DNA of 64,000 nucleotides from Candidatus Bathyarchaeota archaeon (GTDB lineage Archaea; Thermoproteota; Bathyarchaeia; Bathyarchaeales; Bathycorpusculaceae): NCBI GenBank assembly GCA_963811105.1, contig CAWEPZ010000002.1, positions 448,001 to 512,000 of the forward strand, read 5' to 3'. Shown piece by piece: positions 42,301 to 50,004 of this stretch (position 1 is its first letter; each line of letters starts with the position of its first letter). The notes under the pieces were generated by a model. It saw only the letters and a program-made list of their open reading frames with translations, ran no database searches and was not told where the DNA came from. The position numbers and the translations under genes were made by a program.

Positions 42301-42586
42301 CTGGGTGGTTGTTGACACTAACGCAAACGTTAAGCCAGGCCCTTTACGATTTTGGGCAATACCGTCTAAATCGCAGATAGATCAAACGGGAAATGAAACT
42401 AGTGGGGTTGGTGGTTCTGTTCCAATTGTTCCGATTGTGAGTGGTTTGGTTGGTGGTACTGTTCCGATTGTGAGTGGTTTGGTTGGTGGTACTGTTCCGA
42501 TTGTGAGTGGTTTGGTTGGTGGTACTGTTCCGATTGTGAGTGGTTTGGTTGGTGGTTCTATACCAATTGTTTTGAACAGGGGCTAA
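39398..42586 (+). CDS. DUF6519-domain tail-fibre-like protein with inserted Ig-like (IPT/TIG) domains
   Basis: MKGDFTRSTF..QQGRVELDADWNEQ, GRYYLDGILCEN, YLDVWER, ENHLYRIEIH, FKWSRDNG, YRTGDWWIIPARTAT; three LNPxSGxxGxxVxLSGxxF units. Confidence 0.9.
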   Translation: MKGDFTRSTFKKEKHYSRINKQQGRVELDADWNEQISIDEHHERTVLKDIIGVTGTPIENESYSDGFKIVNASPSLNNYTISKGRYYLDGILCENEKDVTSDKQPDLPLDANGTNEAFLKGSGTHIIYLDVWERPLTYLDDPLIRETALLGPDTATRTKTVWQVKALLVNPNVDPNFTCSSNIDAWDNLVKPSTAMLTARSTPSAGTQTACDLPPTAGYTNLENHLYRIEIHDGGTVPPAGASPVMPLNKQPTFKWSRDNGVVASKITKIDETNKELTVSDLGKDNDLSFKPPCWAEITSDRHELWGKPGTFVKIKNVSKDLTLSFDDSSIAQSNYDAITNKNFPLTFTAGQYNVTVKDDAPNSVSVSQPFTITASSTPSIALNPTSGAVGSKVDLSGLNFAANSQISVIFDSNKITTPSSITTDDSGAIPVGTSFTIPPGNKTVPYAVMVTVTDAASNSASQPFNVNVTTPTTIALNPPLGIAGWTVGLSGSGFTSFSNFTVKFDTTDVTPSSPTPTIIRGGTIPAATTFVVPPGAARGSHTVTVTDSATPPKSASQTFTVTSTTANPVISLNPLSGIAGSTVGLSGQGFKANSALTVTFDSDSTIVWTGMSTAWGEIPADVSFTIPTGSNPKIRKWDCDPNQPAPNAVQIPSNNSGYLPLESEGIEIQFTSGTYRTGDWWIIPARTATADIEWPLNDNGTAEKYPFGIKHHFARIAIINVPASSASTTSFPITDCRKVFSSLTEPINFYCAGGQGAQVARSSKTGIPLQAGVMIGNTGVSATIRFTIVDGDISIQDPSPGKTPVSGSLNYIDISTGNNSTPGIAEILLIPITGSSPTSDVKAELLFLGTSPPNIVPTNLAPIYYTNSIIDPSIIDIAPTTGLLNLSGFTGTTVHFYGPFKHNLTGIKDSPAIILGYYPNPKTDKYKYPNPIPNPKDVNMGDEPFTEPTGAPQVYNFKAVGVNLTSFWVVVDTNANVKPGPLRFWAIPSKSQIDQTGNETSGVGGSVPIVPIVSGLVGGTVPIVSGLVGGTVPIVSGLVGGTVPIVSGLVGGSIPIVLNRG
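42428..42559 (+). repeat. Four 33-bp tandem repeats encoding VPIVSGLVGGT
   Basis: GTTCCGATTGTGAGTGGTTTGGTTGGTGGTACT at 42428, 42461, 42494 and 42527 (last copy has one mismatch). Confidence 0.97.
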
Positions 42587-43346
42587 ATCGGAGAAAAGCT
42601 GATTGTGAGAAACTTCTAAAGAAATTGGTTAGTCTTATGGAATTTTGGACATTAATTAAGAATAAACTTTCATTTAGCATGTGGTGTGCGCCCAAATGCC
42701 ATAATGAAATGTATCGTTTTCATTTTACTTGCTTATTCTGTCGACTAAGACGATGGTTGAAAGAATCTCCGATAGATAGGGCTATGTTTGGGTCTATGAA
42801 AAAAGATTATGTTCACAACACAACTACGATAAATCTTTCTTTACCTATGCCTGTCGAGGGCTCAATATACTTTTTAATAATTAATAACCGAAGGAAGTAT
42901 GCTAAAATAAAAGCTGCTATGCTCAAGAAACTATTGACGATAGCCGAAATGCTGGCAAACTGAGTGAATTCGAAAATCATTCGTAAAGCAGCCAATCATT
43001 TTCGCTGAACATAACACACCATGCAGTTAAATCAAGAAAGCCAGAATCCACCGATAGTCAATCGTTTTGAGCATTGAAAAAAAATTTTTTCTCCACAAAA
43101 ACACAAACGTGAGTTCCTTAGGATATTAGTAAGCATACCAGCCACCGCTAAAAACACTCACTCAATTGTCTTAGCTGACTCAGATGGAAGTACGATTGCA
43201 AGTAGGGTATTCAAAGTAAAAACCGCGTAAACTGTAACAACAAATTAGAAAAGCTGATCCTCTCAGATGGGCTCTGAAGGTAGTTTAGTATCTAAAAATG
43301 TGAGGTCCTCCAAAAGAATAAACACAGAATTGAAACCTGGGCAACG

Positions 43347-43387
43347 TTTTAATTCCTTAGAATGCAGATTATTAATTGGTATAAGAG
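43347..43387 (+). promoter_or_regulatory. Conserved upstream element shared by both cargo genes (second copy 26410-26450 on minus strand)
   Basis: TTTTAATTCCTTAGAATGCAGATTATTAATTGGTATAAGAG-ATG versus TTTTAATTCCTTAAAAAGCAGATTATTAATTGGAACAAGAA-ATG; TATA-like AT tract. Confidence 0.75.
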
Positions 43388-45076
43388 ATGAGTTTTGAGT
43401 CTGCACAAAAAAAAGTTGCAGATAAATCAACAATGAGAGTTAACCATAAATTTTTTGTGACAAAACAAAGCGAACCTAAGACAAACGCCACAAACGAAAA
43501 CGACACCCCTGGAGTAAACCTACGATTCGGTAACTTCCCAATCTACCCTACGACAGAAAACCATTCATTTTCAAAAGAAGCTGTGGCTGCATGTTCGCTG
43601 AAAACAACTCCGCGAGCTTGCCCCTTCGGCAGCGCCTGCCACGCCTGCCCAACAAAAATACAAGAAAAACTTGCAATAAACGAGCCCGGAGACGTTTACG
43701 AACAAGAAGCTGACAGAGTAGCAGAGCGGGCAATGAGGACATCTTCCTCCTTGGGCGGTATTATTTCTTCGTTCCACGATAAGAAACAAATAAAACATAA
43801 ATGCGTTGTTTGCGAAATGAAAAAAGAAAAAGAAGAGGATCACAAACAACTAAACATTAGACGAAGGCTATCAACTGCTTCTAGCTTAGAAGATAGTGAA
43901 GAAATAGCAGATGAAATCCATAACATACGTTTGAGTGGAGGGGTAGCACTTGATACTTCCACCAAGAATTTCATGGAGTCGAGGCTTGATTATGACTTTG
44001 GTGGTGTTAGGATACATACTGATGAGAAAGCAGCTAGGTCTGCTGATTCAGTTAATGCTTTAGCATATACAGTTGGTAATGATGTTATGTTCGGGCCTGG
44101 ACAGTACCAGCCAAGTACACTACAAGGAAGAAGGTTGTTAGCACATGAGTTGACGCATGTGGTACAACAAGGGTTTACTTCTGGCTTATCTCCCACCCGT
44201 CTCGAAGCAGGTTTTTTTCCAGAAAGGATATCAAGAGTGGATCCACATATACAGAGGGAGATTCTCACCTACAATAGTGAGCAGTTAGAATTAGAACCGA
44301 ATTATTATAGCGAGAGTACAGCAACAGTATATGATGTTTATTCTGCCGAATCCTTTAATCTAAAGAATGCGTTGCAGACGCTAATTGTTTCAGGAAAAAT
44401 AGGCACTAATGATACTGGTGAGCGAACTTTTTTCTACAATAAGAACACCTCACGTGCAGAGGCGTTGACTGCCTTTACCATCGCAAGTCTTTCCAATGCA
44501 AGTGAGTTAACGGATGCTCTAATGGATAATCACAATGTCTTTGTTTATAGCCAAACAAAGGTGACAAAAATTTCTGATCTCCTTGGGACTTCTACATTGA
44601 GCACGTCAACCCGCGTCATGGAGCGCCAGACAAGGAGACTTCTGACAAATTTTGAAAAGAACGAAGCAAAACTTGTGTACGGATCAAATTTAGATCTTGA
44701 CCGAATTATGGTGGAAGAGGACCCTGTCATGTCAGTGGGTGGTTATGCTCGCACGACTTATTGGACCATTAACTTTCCTTTAGGCGCCCTTGGAACCGGA
44801 AACTTTATGCCTTTCCTTATCCATGAATTGGGTCATTCCTGGCAGTACCAGCACGGATATTCTATTCTCACTACAATTTATTACGCAATAAAGGGAGTCT
44901 ACGATTATGGCGGAGAAACAGAGCTTGTAGCGCGTCATTCTGCAGGGAAGGGTCTTTCTAGCTTTAATACGGAACAGCAAGCAGATATTGCAAGGGATTA
45001 TTACGAAAGGCTAAAGTCTGGAAAAAGTGTTGCGGCTTGGCTACCATTTATCAATGAATTTAAGGGTATTCCTTGA
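43388..45076 (+). CDS. eCIS cargo 2: leader + DUF4157 + C-terminal HExxH metallopeptidase-like domain
   Basis: EPGDVYEQEADRVAE; LDTSTKNFMESRLDYDFGGVRIHTD..LLAHELTHVVQQ; second motif FLIHELGHSWQYQHG..FNTEQQADIARDYY. Confidence 0.9.
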   Translation: MSFESAQKKVADKSTMRVNHKFFVTKQSEPKTNATNENDTPGVNLRFGNFPIYPTTENHSFSKEAVAACSLKTTPRACPFGSACHACPTKIQEKLAINEPGDVYEQEADRVAERAMRTSSSLGGIISSFHDKKQIKHKCVVCEMKKEKEEDHKQLNIRRRLSTASSLEDSEEIADEIHNIRLSGGVALDTSTKNFMESRLDYDFGGVRIHTDEKAARSADSVNALAYTVGNDVMFGPGQYQPSTLQGRRLLAHELTHVVQQGFTSGLSPTRLEAGFFPERISRVDPHIQREILTYNSEQLELEPNYYSESTATVYDVYSAESFNLKNALQTLIVSGKIGTNDTGERTFFYNKNTSRAEALTAFTIASLSNASELTDALMDNHNVFVYSQTKVTKISDLLGTSTLSTSTRVMERQTRRLLTNFEKNEAKLVYGSNLDLDRIMVEEDPVMSVGGYARTTYWTINFPLGALGTGNFMPFLIHELGHSWQYQHGYSILTTIYYAIKGVYDYGGETELVARHSAGKGLSSFNTEQQADIARDYYERLKSGKSVAAWLPFINEFKGIP

Positions 45077-46578
45077 TATGACAAGACATTAGATAACCTG
45101 CGCTAACTAAAGGATTTATCCCAAATTTTTTTTCTTTGAATAGATTTGAAGCGATACATCTAGAGGATGAGGCGGAAAGAAATGCCAAATAGTTCTATTT
45201 ACAAATTCAGATCGGATCAGAATGCTCACATCTTCAAGATGTCAAGCTTTCGGAAGAAACTAAGAACAATATCCTGTTAAGGGATAACTGACTATGTGGC
45301 TGCACTATTCTAACAGCTGGAAGTCCTTTAAGCTAAGGAATCCACTGAAAAATGTCAATTTGATTTCAAAGACACAATGAACTTCCATTTGGAAAAGAAC
45401 TATTTTCTTCTGTATTGAGGCCTTTAGCAGATTTATAACGAGTGCTAAACAGTTCGGTCATAAGTGGACCATGGTGGAAACATTGGGAGGCGTTTTTGAA
45501 GATTCAAGACTACGCGTCCCACTAGCTATTTTGCTTGATCAGGCAGTCAGCTTCAGATCAGTGAAAGGTTACTGAAGTGAGCATAATGTCGGTTTCATAT
45601 TGTACTTTATTTATTTTCACAGGAGAAAGGCAACGCAGATAGCTGTATTTAGAACTTGAATTGAGAGTCAACCGCATCAGACGAGTCTTCCCAATGGCTA
45701 AAAGGAAATTAAGCAAGTGTAGATATGCTGGTTTGATCGTTCTCGTTTTACAGAGGACTAAAAGAACTTCCAGCCAACCTCTACAAGTGCAAAATTAGAG
45801 AGTTCGTATATCAATCGAAATTTCATATAACCCTTTTTGATGAGATAGTCAATCATTTCAAAGTTAATTTGGATCAGCTGTGTAAAGTTCAGTACAATAT
45901 TGCGGAGCGGCTCTAAGTTTATACTCATTTTTTGTGTTTGAAGTTTTCGCAAGGGCTACATTTTTATTGCAAACTTTGACTGCCTCTTTGACCATCAGAA
46001 GTCAAATAATTTTCAATAATAACACTTTTTTTTCGTCTACTGATTCTACATTCACAAATTATCGAATCGATTCACACTCAAATTACTTCTAGTGCGCCAT
46101 CAATTACAGAAACTCTAGCTGGAGTTAAATTTGTTTTTGCTGAATCATTGCTGAGTTCAATTACAGTTGGGTCCATGACAATTTTCGGTCCAGAATTAGC
46201 CCCCGCTTAAACCAAAGATGGAAGAACTTAGTTTTTTCGGCAATTTTTGTACATGACCATTTACTCCGCATTCTTCAACTTTTTCAACATCTGTCTCAGC
46301 TTGAGAGCCCGAAACCTCTGAAAAACCACCTACGACAATGCCTTATATTTCAACGAGAAATTTAAAACTAGAATAAGAGTTTTCAGGTGGCGTCTGGATA
46401 AACCACTTGTTACTTATTGATTCTTAATATTTATATTTTTTTTCAGATTTGCGAACGCCCTCATACTAAACAAGAATTGTTTCCACTTTTTTCGAAGCAC
46501 AATACTCAATTATCTAATAAGAACAGTTAAGCTAACGAACTCTATCTAGCTTGATTAATTGAAAGAGAATATGGTGAT

Positions 46579-48456
46579 TTAGCTTTGTCTAATTGTACAG
46601 ATGCGTCCATAGTTGCTTTGTATGTTAATGTTTCGAACTTCTCCTTTGGCTATTTCACCTAAGCTTTCGTATCCCGGAAGTTCATCGACATAATTGCCTG
46701 AAAACTCGAATGTGAAAGGAACGGTTTTTTCTTGGTCGCTAAAGTTTAGAAATACTATGCTTAAGTTTTGATCATAGTTACGCTGGAATATAAGCACGTT
46801 TTTGCTTTGGAAATTGTTGTAGTCATTATGGAAGTAGCTTTCTCCGTATTTGAGTTGGGGGTTTTGTCTGCGAATTTTAATTAGGTTTCTGATTAAGTTA
46901 GTTGTCGATTTGCCTATTTGATCGTAAAAGTAATCCCAACGTACTGGTCGGAAAAGAAGCACTCGCCCCATTGATGCGCTGTCTCCCGGGTTGGGAAGAA
47001 AATAATTTTCTGCGAATTCTTCGCCTTGCCAAAGCAGCGGAATTCCTTTAGCCATAAGCATACCTATTAGGTAAGGTTGAAGTTTGTACCAAAGGTTTCT
47101 GTCTCCCTGTCCTATTAATTCGTTTCCAATTATGTTGCTGAAATTGCAGATAAAACGTGAATGATCATGATTTTCAATATATTGAAGCGCTGTTTTTTTG
47201 ATGGTTTCGCCGTTGATTTCTTGTTCTCGTGGAAACTGATTTAAGCAGAATAGAAATCCCAAATCGGTTAGTGCATCTTGGTTTCCTTTTGCTACTTGTT
47301 GAGCCGCATTTAGGGTGTTGTCTTGCCAAGTGCAGTTGGTGTAGCTTTGTTTTAAAATTCCTATTGGGTCTGCTAGATCTTCCGAGCATTGGATGAGGTT
47401 GATGTTTCCATTTTGGAAGAAACGTTGCCAATTATCTTTCGTGTCTTTCTTTGATTTTGTCAATTGATATGTTTCGTATGCTATGGCAGCGTATTTTCTA
47501 CCCATAGGTCCATCCCAATAATCTGGAACATCGTCATAACGAAATCCATCTATATGATAGGCTTCAAGCCAATGATCATTCACGGTATAGACGAAATTTT
47601 GTGTGAAATCCCGCTCGTAATCTGGCGTAGGTCCGTATGGGTCGTAGCCTTTCATGAAAGGGTTATCAGTGTAACGTAAGGCATCGTATACATAAGAATA
47701 ACAAAAATCGGTAGAAGTGTGAGCATAAACTGAGTCAACAATAACTGCTATGCCTTTTTGGTGAGCGGAATCTATCAATTTTTGCATGTTCCTTCTTTTT
47801 CCAAAACGTTCATCAACACCAAAATAGCCAATTGGCAGATAACCCCAATCTACTTCAGCACCCACGTTAGAAAGCGGCATAAGCTCAATGCAGTTAATTC
47901 CTAAATCAGCCAAATAACCCAACCTGCTAATGGTTCCGTCAATACCTCCAGCAAACTCATTAATCATCAACTCATAAATTATCAAATCATCTAAAATCGG
48001 CGTCTTCCAAGAACCTTCATCAGAACTCCACAAATAAGGTTCGTAACCTAAAGTTATTGCAGAAAGTTTACCCACACCAAATTCTCTGGCGTAAGGATCA
48101 ATAATCCAATCAAGCAGTTTGTTGGGATAGATGCTTTCGTCTAAGTTTGGGTTTTGCAAACAGTATCGATAAACATACTGACCAGGAGAACCCCAAGCAG
48201 AATCAGATGTAGGCTTAGCAGTTGAAGTAACATCTACACTAGCAGACCAATAATCATCATAATCTACGTCGTTTGAATGCTCTAGTTCAAACTTTAAAGG
48301 TGGTATGTTTTGAAGAAACTGATCTTTCTCATGGATTATTTTCACCCATATACGATTACCATTCTCCGATGAAACCCAGGGAAGAAAAATTCCAAAGTTT
48401 ATAACTCCAGGAGAAACTTCACGCGCACCCAATCTGTTTAACGGCAAAAGTTTCAT
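46579..48456 (-). CDS. GH13 alpha-amylase-family glycoside hydrolase (GlgB/TreZ-like)
   Basis: DPYARE, IIYELMI, LGINCIELMP, WGYLPIGYF, VIVDSVYAH, IDGFRYD, YIENHDH, GIPLLWQGEEF. Confidence 0.92.
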   Translation of the reverse strand: MKLLPLNRLGAREVSPGVINFGIFLPWVSSENGNRIWVKIIHEKDQFLQNIPPLKFELEHSNDVDYDDYWSASVDVTSTAKPTSDSAWGSPGQYVYRYCLQNPNLDESIYPNKLLDWIIDPYAREFGVGKLSAITLGYEPYLWSSDEGSWKTPILDDLIIYELMINEFAGGIDGTISRLGYLADLGINCIELMPLSNVGAEVDWGYLPIGYFGVDERFGKRRNMQKLIDSAHQKGIAVIVDSVYAHTSTDFCYSYVYDALRYTDNPFMKGYDPYGPTPDYERDFTQNFVYTVNDHWLEAYHIDGFRYDDVPDYWDGPMGRKYAAIAYETYQLTKSKKDTKDNWQRFFQNGNINLIQCSEDLADPIGILKQSYTNCTWQDNTLNAAQQVAKGNQDALTDLGFLFCLNQFPREQEINGETIKKTALQYIENHDHSRFICNFSNIIGNELIGQGDRNLWYKLQPYLIGMLMAKGIPLLWQGEEFAENYFLPNPGDSASMGRVLLFRPVRWDYFYDQIGKSTTNLIRNLIKIRRQNPQLKYGESYFHNDYNNFQSKNVLIFQRNYDQNLSIVFLNFSDQEKTVPFTFEFSGNYVDELPGYESLGEIAKGEVRNINIQSNYGRICTIRQS

Positions 48457-48684
48457 ACAAAAATCACCAATAATTAACTATCAAATCTCATTATTTAACT
48501 ATTATGAGTTATAGCCAGTTCTTAAACTGTATTCCCTAAAAATAGAACATATTATTCTAGGTTCAGGTAATTAGTGTCTTTTTGATTCGCTTAGCTATTA
48601 GTACAACAATTCTATTGCGTCGCACTTTAATATCCATTTGCAATTATTCGACTATCAAGTTCATGGTGACCATCTTTGAGCGCA

Positions 48685-49194
48685 ATGAGGCGGAACATGT
48701 TAAAAGTACTAGGAAAGTTCCTACCTTCCCTCGAGGCGATCAATTGTGTCGAGCGAATTGGTCTCACTGGCTCCATCGCAAAGTCAAAAGTTGAACCGAA
48801 AGACATCGACATAGTAGTCTGCACAGTAGTTGGCTCTGACCTTTCTGAGCTTGCAGCAATCTACAGAAAAATGTTGGGACACCTTCAATCCATGGGCAGA
48901 GGCATTGACATCTTCCTCTTTGAAAAAGGCTCGTATATTGGGAGACCATGTCACTACAGAGAATGCGGCCCCGGAATAAGATTATCATGCAAGGCAGATC
49001 ACTGCGGCGTTAGACCGTACCTCTGCGATGACCTGAAGGTTGTGAAGCTTAACTTATCTATGCTCGCGAGGCTTCCTGTACAGCTGCACCCCCGAGGCTG
49101 GTGCCTTGACGATGTTCCTCAGGATGTTAAGGATTTCGTGAAAACATCTCACAAAGGGTTTGTAGCGTTCAATGATTTAGAAAATGCTGAATAA
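48685..49194 (+). CDS. Pol-beta-type nucleotidyltransferase-like protein with Cys-rich C-terminus
   Basis: IGLTGSI..EPKDIDIVV (GS..DxD), third Asp in IDIFL, then C..C..C..HC..C. Confidence 0.75.
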   Translation: MRRNMLKVLGKFLPSLEAINCVERIGLTGSIAKSKVEPKDIDIVVCTVVGSDLSELAAIYRKMLGHLQSMGRGIDIFLFEKGSYIGRPCHYRECGPGIRLSCKADHCGVRPYLCDDLKVVKLNLSMLARLPVQLHPRGWCLDDVPQDVKDFVKTSHKGFVAFNDLENAE

Positions 49195-49394
49195 GAATGC
49201 GCGAAAAATCGTCCTGTTGGACACATGAGATTTTTATTCTTTAAAGCACAAATAGGTAACGCGTATGGCTCATTGCAGTTCTCCCCAATCGGACTCGCAG
49301 TGATGCCTTCACTGGGACAACAAGGCAGGGATCTGTTGCAAGAACCAAATCATGAACGACCAGAAGGGACGATTTCCACCATCAGCGGAGTTTT

Positions 49395-49994
49395 TGTCGT
49401 GCTTCATTGTTTATGGTGTCCCAGATCGAAACAGGCAGGCGGATTTTTCCTGTGGGCTGAATCTTCCGCAAAGAGTGGAAACCATAAGAAAAGTTCCCGC
49501 GGCAAAGCATCTGATTATTTTCCTTACCTGGCGAGCCCCACTGATTTGCTTAAATTTCTACGTTCAGTTTTTCCTAGTCAGCTAAAAGACACACCGAAAA
49601 CCAAAACGCTCTCCTTATTTATCCCGACCATAAAGGAAGGAGAATCGCTTGCCTCCTCCACTGATATTCGAAGCAAACTCTGAAGCATAGCAGAACAAAC
49701 CAGTCAAGGTGCGTCCGTGGATTGTGGAGGGATTTGAGTTCGCAGTAGAAGATGCTGTCCCACTGCCTTATTTTAGTCAGTGATGCTCACGCGACAAAAG
49801 TATCCTATGACCAAGAATCAGGTGAAGAAGTAACCATCCTATTCGGAGCAGATGCGCTGTTTTGGAACAAGACTGTAATGCTACTTCTTGACCTTCTTAT
49901 AAGGCAGAGGTTCATACCGCATCTGGAAAAAGACAGCGGTCAAAAGAAGAGGTGTTTCCGCTCTGGGTGGACTGCTTCATTTCAATTCCAGTAA
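49395..49994 (+). pseudogene. N-terminal fragment of a SNF2/HepA-like helicase, frameshifted and truncated
   Basis: VVLHCLW..FFLWAES, PYLAS, VRPWIVEG and GADALFW..LLDLLIRQRFIP resemble the N-terminus of DUF3670-type SNF2 proteins; no helicase core. Confidence 0.6.
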
Positions 49995-50004
49995 ACATCT
50001 GAAC

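Noticed and set aside
42428-42559. CRISPR array
   Set aside because: The 33-bp units are contiguous with no spacers and lie in frame within a CDS; no cas genes
12788-42586. Prophage or type VI secretion system
   Set aside because: No capsid, portal, terminase or replication genes; single-gene sheath rather than TssB/C; no TssJLM or ClpV; DUF4255, Afp15-like ATPase and DUF4157 point to eCIS
42625-42995. Possible holin or immunity gene after the fibre
   Set aside because: The minus-strand 60-aa frame has one hydrophobic stretch but a weak TTG start and no family motif; insufficient evidence
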